Assembly (NCBI GenBank): GCA_963711655.1
Contig: CAVQEW010000001.1
Coordinates: forward strand, 53,176 to 117,175
Reading direction: 5' to 3'
Origin: an uncultured Actinomycetota bacterium
Lineage (GTDB): Bacteria > Actinomycetota > UBA4738 > HRBIN12
DNA: 64,000 nt
This document shows, in pieces, positions 19,996 to 29,303 of this stretch. Under the pieces are notes generated by a model that saw only the letters and a program-made list of their open reading frames with translations, was not told the origin of the DNA and ran no database searches. Made by a program: the position numbers and the translations under genes. Within the stretch, counting starts at the first letter, position 1. The number at the start of each line of letters is the position of its first letter.

Positions 19996-21448
19996 ATGCA
20001 GTCGAGGCTCATGTCCGGAGTGATCACGGTGTTCGCGTTGGTCGTCCTCGCGGCGTTCGTGTCGCTGGCAGCCAAGGCACCCACCGGCAACGAGGGCCTG
20101 GGACGCGCGCCCGGCGGGGTCGAGGAACGGCTCGAGCAGCGGCTCACGACCGACCTGCGGCTGGACGCCCTGCGTGAGGCGAGGGCCGAGGGGACGTTCG
20201 GCCAGCGCGAGCGCGTCGTGCTCGCCGCTGCGCCCGGATGGGCCGGCGAGCAGGTGATGAACGCTACGACCGACGACTGGGAGCCCGCGATCGCGGCCGA
20301 TCCCAGCGCCCCGTTCGTCTACATGCTCACGACCCGGTACGCGCCGAAGCCGTGCCCGGGCAACTGCCCGTCACCGTGGATGGCGCTCGAGATCTCGTCC
20401 GACGGCGGGGCCACCTGGAGCCAGGGCGTCCCCCTGTGCGCGTGCAAGGGCTCCGCGCAGTACGACCCGATCATCGAGGTCGTCCCGAACACGGGTCACG
20501 TCTACGCCCTCTACATGAACGGCTTCAACACGGTCTTCACGAAGTCGACGAACCACGGCCAGACGTGGTCGACGCCGGTCAAGACGTACGGCCAGATCTC
20601 GTGGACCGACAAGCCGGTGTTGGCGACGAGCAACGACGGTCAGCACGTCTACGTGTCCTGGAACGGGCCGAACGCCGGCGACCCGTACGTCGCGCAGTCC
20701 CACAACGCGGGTTCGACCTGGACCCAGACGAAGCTCGTCGATGGCCCGAGGTACTTCTTCGCCTACGACGCGGATGTCCTCCCCAGCGGCACCGTGGTGT
20801 TCTCGGAAAGCAGCATCCTCTACGGCGGTCAGGGCTCGACGCCGTCGGGCCAGGTCGAGCACCACGCGTTCGTCTCGTCGAACCAAGGGAGCCTCGTGGC
20901 AGAACGTCGTCGTGGATTCCGTGGAGATAGGCGAGTCGTGCGTGGCGGCCGGGTGCTCTTCGGACTTCTACATCGGCCACAGCGGAGTCTCCGCCGATGC
21001 GTCGGGCAACCTCGTGATGGTCTACGACGGCGCCACCACCCCGGGAGGCAAGCAGCTGAGCTTCGCGAAGCGGTCCACGAACGGCGGGCTGACGTGGTCT
21101 GCGCGGACGACGCTCTCGTCCGTCGGCGAGCAGTCCACCGCTCCGACCGTGGAGTCGCGCCTCGCCGGAGACGTGCGCGTCTGGTACGCGCAGACGAACG
21201 GAGGGAATCACGACGCCTGGAACATCTGGTACCGGAGCTCGACCGATGGCGGCGTGACCTGGACGGCGCCGGTGAACATCTCCGATGCGACCTCGGGCGC
21301 CGGCTACAAGACGGCCGCCGGGTTCCAGGAGTTCTACGGCGACTACGGCGAGATCGCGATCACCAACACCGGCAAGACGATCGGGGTGTGGGGCGAGGCC
21401 TTCAGCTATGCCGGTCCGGGAGGGGCCTGGTTCAACCGGCAGACCTAG
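19996..21448 (+). CDS. Secreted BNR/sialidase-like repeat protein; one frame break near 20890
   Basis: Signal-anchor SGVITVFALVVLAAFVSLAA. Repeated SxDxGxTW-type motifs (SSDGGATWS, STNHGQTWS, SHNAGSTWT, STNGGLTWS, STDGGVTWT). ORF 19945..22008 joins ORF 20741..21448. ATG 19996 has GGGAGG 10 nt upstream. Confidence 0.7.
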
Positions 21449-22443
21449 TCGGCCAACGAGCCGGTGCGGTCCGAGAACTCTTCGGCCTCGGCGAGGTCGT
21501 CCGGCACGTCGAGCTCGGCCAGTCGGGTCAGCTCGGCGGCCGCGGTGGCGGCGGCCTTCTCGGCTGCCTTCTGATCGCGGAGCATCTGCGCGTACTCGGC
21601 CTGCGGGATGTACACGGGGGTCGGGTAGTACGAGGGGAGGCTCGGTGCGTCCGCCGGATCGGCTCTCCTTCGCACCGCGACCGGTTCCGGTTCGGCGATC
21701 GCCACTTCGATGAGCTCCGGCGCGGGCTCGGTCCGAGACCGTCGGCGCAAACGCCGTGGCCGGTCCGGAACGTCCTCGAGGGGAGCGACCGACGCGTCCG
21801 TTCCTTCGGGAACGAGACGAACCGCCTTCAACGCGGCGCGCAACTCCTTCCGCTCGCGGCGTTGATCCTTCCTCGATCCACTCTCGGGTTCGTCGTAGCC
21901 GGAAACCGGCAGAGGAACATGGGCGACCGGCGTCGATGCCGGCGCCGGCTGCGGGAGATCCCCGGCGATCGCCACCTCGCGCAGCTGGTTCAGCTGGTCC
22001 GCGGCTGAAAGCATCTGCCCTTCGTCACCGTACGGATCCAGCTCCTCCGGATCGAGCGTCCCGGGGAGAGGGATCTGCCGTTGGTCGTCGAGGACCATCA
22101 TCAGGCGCGCCTCGTCGTGTCGGCGCTCGCCCATGAAACCGCTGACCTGGTCCCACGGGAAGCGCTGGGTGCGGATGACGCTGACGACGGATACGGCCTC
22201 GGGCGTGAGCCAGAGACCTGGCTTGGTCATGCGGAAGACGAACAGGGTCGCCCCGAGCATCACCGCGGCGCCGCCGATCCTCATCGGCAGGTCCATCGGG
22301 GCGAGGAGGAACATCAGCGCGATGCCCATCGGGATCAGGGCGTACAGCTGCGACTCCAGGCGCCAACCTCGCGCCCAGACCTCGAGCGATCCGTCATCCG
22401 TGGTGCGGGTGCGGAACGAGCCGGTGTCGTTATTCATCCCCAC
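21445..22443 (-). CDS. Membrane protein with bacterial PH-like domain and long charged/disordered C-terminal region
   Basis: 332 aa, intact. Two TM helices (LYALIPMGIALMFLLAP, GGAAVMLGATLFVF) are followed by LWLTPEAVSVVSVIRTQRFPWDQVSGF, then a Pro/Glu/Arg-rich tail. Confidence 0.5.
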   Translation of the reverse strand: MGMNNDTGSFRTRTTDDGSLEVWARGWRLESQLYALIPMGIALMFLLAPMDLPMRIGGAAVMLGATLFVFRMTKPGLWLTPEAVSVVSVIRTQRFPWDQVSGFMGERRHDEARLMMVLDDQRQIPLPGTLDPEELDPYGDEGQMLSAADQLNQLREVAIAGDLPQPAPASTPVAHVPLPVSGYDEPESGSRKDQRRERKELRAALKAVRLVPEGTDASVAPLEDVPDRPRRLRRRSRTEPAPELIEVAIAEPEPVAVRRRADPADAPSLPSYYPTPVYIPQAEYAQMLRDQKAAEKAAATAAAELTRLAELDVPDDLAEAEEFSDRTGSLAD

Positions 22444-22479
22444 AGGGGTATCGGCCGGTTCCGGCTGGAGATTGAGCCC

Positions 22480-23670
22480 TCAGCGGTCGACGTCGCCGAC
22501 CACGAAGAAGATCGAGCCCAAGATCGCGATGAGGTCCGGGACCAGGGTGCCCGGGAGCATCGCGGGGATCACGCTGACGTTGGAGAACGAGGCGGTCCGC
22601 ATCTTCAGGCGGTAGGGCTGCTTCTTCCCGTCGCCGACGACGTAGTAGCCCATCAGGCCGAGCGGGTTCTCGGTCCGGACGTAGACCTCGCCGTCCATCT
22701 TCAGGGTCTTCGGGAGCTTCGGTGCCCTGAACTCGCCGGGCGGGAGACGGTCCATGCACTGCTCGATGATGTTGCAGGACTGCTTCATCCGCTCGATCAG
22801 CACCCACAGGCGGTCGTAGCAGTCGCCCTTGATGCCCACCGGCACCTCGAACTCGACCTCCGCGTACTTCTCGTACGGCTCGTCCTTCCGCGGATCCATC
22901 GGGACGCCGCTCGCGTGGAGCACGGGCCCGGAGGTGCCGAACGCGATGGCGGTTTCGGCGGGCAGGAGTCCGACGTCTCGCGTGCGGGCGTAGATGATCT
23001 CGTTGCCCATGATCAGCGTCTCGAACTCCCCGATGCGCTTCCGGGTCTCGGCGAGCACCTCCGCGGAGCGCTTCAGGAAGCCGTACGGCAGGTCGTCCTT
23101 GAGTCCACCGACGCGGCAGTAGGAATGGTGCATCCGCGCGCCGGTCGCGGACTCCATCAGGTCCTGGATCATCTCGCGCTCACGGAACGCGTAGAAGATC
23201 GGGGTCATGGCACCCAGCTCGAGCGGATACGAGCCGCTGAACATCAGGTGGCTGAGGATCCGGTTCCACTCGGCGAACATCGTGCGGATCCACTGCGCCC
23301 GCTCGGGCACCTCGATGCCGGCGAGCCGCTCCACCGCGATCGTCCATCCCAGCTCGTTGTTGAACGCGCTGATCCAATCGTGGCGGTTCATCAGCACGAG
23401 GACCTGGCGCGCGTCGCGGTACTCGGCGAGCTTCTCGGCCGCGCGGTGCATGTACCCGATGACGGGCTCGGCCTTCGTGATCACCTCTCCGTCGAGCTCG
23501 AGGACGACGCGGAGGACGCCGTGCGTCGAGGGATGCTGCGGCCCGATGTTGAGGATCATCTCCTCGGTGGAGAACTCGCCACTGGGCATGACCTCGACGT
23601 CGAGCCCTCCACCCCGGATCATCGAGGCGACCTGGGAGCTCTCGAACGCGGCCCGCTCGCGGATGTCCAT
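22480..23670 (-). CDS. nuoD: NADH-quinone oxidoreductase subunit D homolog (orphan copy, no flanking nuo genes)
   Basis: 396 aa, intact. Motifs MILNIGPQHPSTHGVLRV, IGYMHR, HHSYCRVGG and the C-terminal FVVGDVDR. Confidence 0.85.
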   Translation of the reverse strand: MDIRERAAFESSQVASMIRGGGLDVEVMPSGEFSTEEMILNIGPQHPSTHGVLRVVLELDGEVITKAEPVIGYMHRAAEKLAEYRDARQVLVLMNRHDWISAFNNELGWTIAVERLAGIEVPERAQWIRTMFAEWNRILSHLMFSGSYPLELGAMTPIFYAFREREMIQDLMESATGARMHHSYCRVGGLKDDLPYGFLKRSAEVLAETRKRIGEFETLIMGNEIIYARTRDVGLLPAETAIAFGTSGPVLHASGVPMDPRKDEPYEKYAEVEFEVPVGIKGDCYDRLWVLIERMKQSCNIIEQCMDRLPPGEFRAPKLPKTLKMDGEVYVRTENPLGLMGYYVVGDGKKQPYRLKMRTASFSNVSVIPAMLPGTLVPDLIAILGSIFFVVGDVDR

Positions 23671-23751
23671 CCGCGCGCCATCCTAACGGAGCGGTCCGGC
23701 GAGCACGCGGTCGATGGAGCGGGCCGACGGAGGCGATAGGCTCCCCGGACG

Positions 23752-25185
23752 ATGGCCGTGGACGTCCGCCGCAAGGTTCCGTCGGTGGATGCGCTCCTGC
23801 GCTCCGACCCGGCGAGGAGATCGTCATCGACGCTCGGTCGCCCTCTCGTGAAGCGGATGCTGGAAGACGTCCTGTCGGAGGTGCGCTCCGCGGCGGCCGC
23901 GGGCGAAGACCCCCCGCCCGACGAGGTGTTGCTCGCCAGAGCCCTCGGCCGCGCGTCGCACGCCGCGCAGGGCATGGTGCCCGTGATCAACGCGACCGGG
24001 GTGATCCTCCACACGAACCTGGGGCGCGCGCCACTTCCCGAGCGAGCCGCGAAGGCCGCGGCGCGGGCCGCCCGCTCCTACACCGACATCGAGGTCGATC
24101 GGCAGACGGGCAGGCGAGGCCGGCGCGGCGGGCACGCCGAGACCCTGCTCACGGCGCTCACGGGAGCGGAGGGGGCGATGGTGGTCAACAACTGCGCCGC
24201 CGCGCTCCTGCTGGCGATGGCCGCGCTCGCCAAGGGGAAGCCGGTCCTCGTCTCCCGCGGGGAGCTGATCGAGATCGGCGGGGAGTTCCGGATCCCGGAC
24301 ATCCTCGCCGCTTCGGGTGCACGCCTGGCCGAGGTGGGCACGACGAACAGAACCAGGATCGGCGACTACCGCGGGGCGGTCACCGACAAGACCGGGTTGA
24401 TCCTCAAGGTGCACCCCTCGAACTACCGCGTGATCGGGTTCACGGCGGCGCCGGCGGCCTCCGAGCTGTCCGCGCTCGCCCGGAAGCACGGGATCCCGTT
24501 CCTGTTCGACATCGGCTCAGGACTCTTGCATCACGGCCACGGACATCCGGTGGACGAGCCGTCCGTGTCCGACGCGCTCGAGCAGGGCGCGGACCTCGTC
24601 ACCTTCTCCGCGGACAAGCTGCTCGGCGGGCCGCAGGCGGGGATCATCGTCGGGCGGGCCGATCTGTTGGAGCGGTTGCGGAAGCATCCGATCGCGCGGG
24701 CCGTTCGCCTGGGGCGGATGCAGATGGCGGCCCTCGAGCAGGTGCTCGCGATCGTCGCGACCGGCCGGGAGGTGGAGCTTCCGGTGTTCCGGATGCTCCG
24801 CGAGTCGCCCGAGATCGTGCGGAGCCGGGCGCAGCTCCTGTCCCAGACGATCGGCGGCGAGCTCGAGGGCGCGCGCGTGGTGCGCTGCGAGTCGGCCGTC
24901 GGCGGGGGCTCGATGCCGGGCACGAGTCTCCCCTCGTGGGGGGTCCGGATCCGGGTGCCGGACGCGCCGGCGTTCGCGGCGCGGCTGCGGACGGGCACAC
25001 CCGCCGCGTTCTCCCGGATGGAGGAATCGTTCATCCTGCTCGACTGCCGGACGGTGACGGACGCGCAGGTTCCCCACCTCGCTCGCGCGGTGCATTACGC
25101 CCTCGAAGGCGACGAGGAGCACGGTCACGACCTCCACGGCGACGACGATGACGACGAACGCCACGGCGACGCGACCGACGAGTAG
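23752..25185 (+). CDS. selA: L-seryl-tRNA(Sec) selenium transferase
   Basis: 477 aa, intact. Motifs VINATGVILHTNLGRAPL, VVNNCAAALLLA, GELIEIGG.FRIPD and the PLP-lysine context FSADKLLGGPQAG. Confidence 0.9.
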   Translation: MAVDVRRKVPSVDALLRSDPARRSSSTLGRPLVKRMLEDVLSEVRSAAAAGEDPPPDEVLLARALGRASHAAQGMVPVINATGVILHTNLGRAPLPERAAKAAARAARSYTDIEVDRQTGRRGRRGGHAETLLTALTGAEGAMVVNNCAAALLLAMAALAKGKPVLVSRGELIEIGGEFRIPDILAASGARLAEVGTTNRTRIGDYRGAVTDKTGLILKVHPSNYRVIGFTAAPAASELSALARKHGIPFLFDIGSGLLHHGHGHPVDEPSVSDALEQGADLVTFSADKLLGGPQAGIIVGRADLLERLRKHPIARAVRLGRMQMAALEQVLAIVATGREVELPVFRMLRESPEIVRSRAQLLSQTIGGELEGARVVRCESAVGGGSMPGTSLPSWGVRIRVPDAPAFAARLRTGTPAAFSRMEESFILLDCRTVTDAQVPHLARAVHYALEGDEEHGHDLHGDDDDDERHGDATDE

Positions 25186-27030
25186 ATGACCGAGCTCCGC
25201 GTCGTGGCCACGGCCGGCCACGTCGACCACGGCAAGTCCTCCCTGATCGTGCGCCTCACCGGGATGGATCCGGACCGTTGGGAGGAGGAGAAGAGGCGCG
25301 GCCTGACGATCGATCTCGGATACGCCTGGTGCGAGCTCCCGTCCGGGCGCGAGGTCGGCTTCGTGGACGTGCCCGGACACGAGCGGTTCGTCGCGAACAT
25401 GCTGGCCGGCGTCGGGCCCGTCCGCCTGGTCCTGTTCGTGGTTGCCGCCAACGAGGGCTGGCGTCGGCAGTCCGAGGAACACCTCGCGATCCTGGACGTC
25501 CTCGGGATCGAGGGAGGGGTCATCGCCCTCACGAAGCGAGACCTCGTCGACGACGCCGCCCTCGCGCGGGTCGAGGAGGAGGTCCACGAGCGCGTCGACG
25601 GCACGGTCCTCGGCGGTGCCGAGATGATCCACGTCTCGGCGACGACCGGGCAGGGTCTCGACGACCTCCGGACGGCGCTCGATCGCATGCTGGCGGTCGC
25701 GCCGGCTCCCGAGGAGACGCGGACCCGGTTGTTCGTCGATCGCGTGTTCACGATCTCGGGGGCGGGCACGGTGGTCACCGGCACCCTGGGCGGTGGGGAG
25801 CTCGCGGTCGGAGACGAGGTGGAGCTCTACCCGCACGCGAGGAACGCCCGCGTCCGATCGCTCCAGACCCACGAACGGAACGAGGTCCGTGTGGCCCCGG
25901 TCGCGCGGGTCGCGGCCAACCTCGTGGGGACGGGGAAGGAGGACCTCGCCCGTGGCGACGTCCTGGGTGCCCCGGCGGCGTGGAGGCCGACCACCACGTT
26001 CGAGGGCATCCTCCGGCCGGTCCGCGGCCTGGCCCACCCGATCACCGGGCGTGGCGCCTTCAAGGTCTACGCCGGCGCCTCGGAGGCGGACGCGACCATC
26101 CGTCTCCTCGAGGGCGCGTCCCTCGAGGCGGGCGGAGAGGCCTACGTCCGGATCACGACCGCGCGGCCGCTCGTGTTGGACGTCTTCGACCGGTTCGTCC
26201 TGCGGGAATCCGGACGACAGGAAACGGTCGGCGGCGGCTCGGTGCTGGATCCGGCGCCACCCCGGCGCGCGGGACGCTCCCCGGAGTCACGCCTCGCCCG
26301 GCGCGCCTCGGCGGCGCGGGACGAGCTCCCCGCGATCCTCGCGGAGGAGCGCGAGGCCGTGCAGGCGTCGGAGGCACTCCTCCTCACGGGCTCGAGCGCC
26401 GGGATCCCTCAGGCGGCGGGATGGCTCTTCCGGCAGGGCTTGCTCCAGGAGATCGGTCCCGCGCTCGTCCATCACGTCCAGGCGTTCCACGAGGATCATC
26501 CTCTCGAGGAAGGGGTGCCTCTCGCCTCCGCTCGCCGGGTGCTCGCCGATCTCGTCCGCCCGGCGAACGGCAGGCTCGACCCCAGGTCGATCGACCCGAT
26601 GCTCGATCGCCTCGTCGCCGACGGCTTGCTCGTACGCACGAGCACCTCGATCGCGTTGCCCTCGCGCGCGCCGGCCGAACAGGGGGGCAACCCACTCGTG
26701 CAGCAGGTGACGGAGGCGATCTCGTCCGAGCCCGCGCAGCCGCCGACCATCAAGGAGCTCGTGGCGCAGGGGATCGGGCGCGACGCGATCGACGCGGCGA
26801 TCCGAGCGGGACTCGTCGTCCGCGTCGCGCCCGACCTGGTGTTCCTCCCGGAGTTGATCGACCGGGCGCGCGAGATCGTCGCGAGTGCGAGCGGTTCCGG
26901 GATCACGGTGAGTGCGTTCCGCGAGGCCCTCGGGACCAGCAGGAAGTACGCGGTACCGCTGTTGGAATGGTTCGATCAGCGGGGCATCACGCGGCGAGAC
27001 GGCGACCTGCGATTCCCGCGCTCGTCGTAG
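25186..27030 (+). CDS. selB: Selenocysteine-specific translation elongation factor
   Basis: 614 aa, intact. G-domain motifs AGHVDHGKS, DVPGHERF and TKRDL. The long C-terminal winged-helix region is typical of SelB. The ATG directly follows the selA TAG. Confidence 0.9.
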   Translation: MTELRVVATAGHVDHGKSSLIVRLTGMDPDRWEEEKRRGLTIDLGYAWCELPSGREVGFVDVPGHERFVANMLAGVGPVRLVLFVVAANEGWRRQSEEHLAILDVLGIEGGVIALTKRDLVDDAALARVEEEVHERVDGTVLGGAEMIHVSATTGQGLDDLRTALDRMLAVAPAPEETRTRLFVDRVFTISGAGTVVTGTLGGGELAVGDEVELYPHARNARVRSLQTHERNEVRVAPVARVAANLVGTGKEDLARGDVLGAPAAWRPTTTFEGILRPVRGLAHPITGRGAFKVYAGASEADATIRLLEGASLEAGGEAYVRITTARPLVLDVFDRFVLRESGRQETVGGGSVLDPAPPRRAGRSPESRLARRASAARDELPAILAEEREAVQASEALLLTGSSAGIPQAAGWLFRQGLLQEIGPALVHHVQAFHEDHPLEEGVPLASARRVLADLVRPANGRLDPRSIDPMLDRLVADGLLVRTSTSIALPSRAPAEQGGNPLVQQVTEAISSEPAQPPTIKELVAQGIGRDAIDAAIRAGLVVRVAPDLVFLPELIDRAREIVASASGSGITVSAFREALGTSRKYAVPLLEWFDQRGITRRDGDLRFPRSS

Positions 27031-27036
27031 CGAGCC

Positions 27037-27510
27037 TTACTCGGACACCTCGGCCGTGACGGTGATCTCGACGCTCGCTCCCAATGGGAGCGAGGCCACG
27101 CCGATGGCGGCTCTCGCATGTCGGCCCTCGGGCCCGAGCACGGCGATCAGGGTGTCGCTCGCGCCGTTCGCGACCTTCGGATGCTCCACGAACTCGGCAT
27201 CGGCCGCGACGAACACGGACACCTGCAGGAGCCGCTCCAGGCGATCCAGGCTGTCCCCGAGGTGGTCCCGGATCGCCGACACAGACTGCAGGGCGGCCCG
27301 CGCGGCCGCCTCTTGCCCCATCTCGACCGACACCTGTTGCCCGAGCCTCCCGGCATGCAGAAGGTGGCCGTCGACCATCGGCACCTGACCCGCGACGAAG
27401 AGCAGCCTCCCCGTCTGGGTCACCGGTACGTAGCTGGCGACCGGAACGGGTGGCGGAGGAAGCTCGAGACCGAGTTCCTCGAGTCTCCGGAGGACGTCCG
27501 CGTCGCGCAT
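27037..27510 (-). CDS. RidA/YjgF-family protein
   Basis: 157 aa, intact. Motifs LLFVAGQVP, VSVFVAADAEF and RAAIGVASLPLGASVEI. Confidence 0.8.
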   Translation of the reverse strand: MRDADVLRRLEELGLELPPPPVPVASYVPVTQTGRLLFVAGQVPMVDGHLLHAGRLGQQVSVEMGQEAAARAALQSVSAIRDHLGDSLDRLERLLQVSVFVAADAEFVEHPKVANGASDTLIAVLGPEGRHARAAIGVASLPLGASVEITVTAEVSE

Positions 27511-27538
27511 CGCGGCATCCTCCCAGACGTCGACGCGC

Positions 27539-27811
27539 TCAGCTGGCTTCGAGGGCCTGCCGCTTGAGGATCGCGCGCCGTTCCGTCTCGTTCAGGCCTC
27601 CCCATACCCCATGGCCCTCGCGCGTCTCGAGCGCGTAGTCGAGGCAGAGCTGGCGCACCGGGCAGGCGGCGCAGATCCTCTTGGCGACCGCTTCGCGGGC
27701 GAGCTTCTCGCCGCGCTTCTCGAAGTAGCTCGGGGCGAAGTAGAAAGAGGAGTCCTCACCGCGGCACGCGGCGAGTCGTTGCCAGCCGGCCAACCCCTCT
27801 TCGAACGGCAT
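27539..27811 (-). CDS. whiB: WhiB-family (Wbl) Fe-S transcriptional regulator
   Basis: 90 aa. The four Cys are in AACRGED...CAACPVRQLC, followed by GVWGG and a basic tail. This family is specific to Actinobacteria. Confidence 0.9.
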   Translation of the reverse strand: MPFEEGLAGWQRLAACRGEDSSFYFAPSYFEKRGEKLAREAVAKRICAACPVRQLCLDYALETREGHGVWGGLNETERRAILKRQALEAS

Positions 27812-27904
27812 CTACCTGGTTGTTCGCAGGACGCGGGGCTGGGGATTCCCTTCGCGGCGAGGAGCATCGCGCCGTCACACGTTCTCACGAATCCCGAAGA
27901 TGCC

Positions 27905-29245
27905 TTATGGCCCAGTGTCTTCCAGCGGTTGAGCGCCCTCCACGGCGACCCGCAGGATCAGTCCGTCGACGCCTCGGACCCGGATCGGCGTGCCCGCTTC
28001 GATCGGATCGCCGTCGGTCCGCCCCCGCCAGAGCGCCCCCTTCACGAAGACCGGGCCGTCCGGCGCCAGCCGGCCCCTCGCCTCCCCGACGAGGCCGACC
28101 AGGCCACGCTGCGTCCCCACGATCCGGTCGCGCGACTGGAGGGCGACGGTCAGGGCGAACCCGTAGTACAGGAGGCTCGCGAGCACGGCGCCGCCGATCA
28201 GCCACGGGCTGATCGCGATCGACGCGTCGACGTTCCGCCACGCGAGGATCGATCCGGCTCCGAAGGCAGCCAACCCCGCCCACGTGGGCCAGGCCAGGCT
28301 CCGGAGCCGCACGTCGAGCACCAACAACCCGATCCCGACGAGCAGCAACCCGAAGCCCGGCCAGGACGGCACGGCGACGGTGAGCCCGTACACGGCCAGC
28401 AGCACGAGCGCGATGCCACTGAAGCCCGCGAACCCGAATCCCGGCTGCGTGAGCTCGAACGCGATCGCCGCGAGCCCCAGGACGAGGAGGAAGTAGACCA
28501 TCGAAGGCGTGGCCACGGCGTGCGCGACGCGGCCGATCACACCCGGCTCCTCGAAGCGGAGATCGACGGTGCGCTCGCCGGCCTCCGCGGCGGTGGTGGC
28601 CACCCGGGTCCGCAGCACCACCGGCCCGGCCGGCGTCTGCACGGTCATCCCGTCGACCGCTCGCAGGAACCCGGGAACCGTGTAGGCCGCCACCTGCGCG
28701 GCCCCCGAGGTCAGCGCATCTCGGGCTGCGAGGGGCCGAGCGAGCGCGTCGAGATCGACATCCTCGCGACCTCGCGCCTCGAGCCATCCCTCGATCCGAG
28801 ACCGGAGGCCCTCGGCTCCCTCCCCGGGATGCAGGACGTCCACGGGGAGCAGCGGGCCCGTCTGGGATCCGGGCGAGACGCCGGCGAGCGAGGAGGCCAG
28901 CATCAAGAGGAGCCCACCGCCGCTGGCCTTGGCCGGCACCGGTCCGATCCAGGTCAGCACGGGCACTTCGAGGCGAGCCACCCGCTCGGCCAGGGCGATG
29001 CCGTTCTGTCCGAGCATGCCCGGGGTGTCGAGCTGCAGCACGGCGATCGCCCCTGCCCGTTCGGCCTCGGCGAGTCGTTCCTCCACGTACGCGAGGAGCG
29101 GCCGGTCGATCGGACCTTGGACCTCGATGACCCGGACGACCGTGGTCGCCACATCGGCACCGCGTGCGACGGAACCGGCGAACGAGGCGATCGTGCTCAC
29201 GACGAGCACGGGCACGAAGAGCCAGGCTCGGACTCGGGGGCGCAT
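27905..29245 (-). CDS. NfeD-family membrane-bound ClpP-class serine protease
   Basis: Signal sequence, ClpP-like domain (VIEVQGPIDRPLLAYVEERL...LQLDTPGM), four or five TM helices, and a C-terminal NfeD OB-fold (VFVKGALWRGRTDGDPIEAGTPIRV). ATG at 29245. Confidence 0.75.
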   Translation of the reverse strand: MRPRVRAWLFVPVLVVSTIASFAGSVARGADVATTVVRVIEVQGPIDRPLLAYVEERLAEAERAGAIAVLQLDTPGMLGQNGIALAERVARLEVPVLTWIGPVPAKASGGGLLLMLASSLAGVSPGSQTGPLLPVDVLHPGEGAEGLRSRIEGWLEARGREDVDLDALARPLAARDALTSGAAQVAAYTVPGFLRAVDGMTVQTPAGPVVLRTRVATTAAEAGERTVDLRFEEPGVIGRVAHAVATPSMVYFLLVLGLAAIAFELTQPGFGFAGFSGIALVLLAVYGLTVAVPSWPGFGLLLVGIGLLVLDVRLRSLAWPTWAGLAAFGAGSILAWRNVDASIAISPWLIGGAVLASLLYYGFALTVALQSRDRIVGTQRGLVGLVGEARGRLAPDGPVFVKGALWRGRTDGDPIEAGTPIRVRGVDGLILRVAVEGAQPLEDTGP

Positions 29246-29303
29246 GGAGGCGCATCGTATCGAGCAGGGCGAGAGGAGATCCGGCGTATCCTGGTGGGAC
29301 CCC

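Noticed and set aside
19945-22008. A 687-aa track ORF, considered as a single large secreted protein.
   Set aside because: Only the first ~315 aa are meaningful. After about 20890 this frame becomes Arg/Gly noise and runs antisense over the PH-domain gene. The real C-terminal half of the BNR protein is in ORF 20741..21448.
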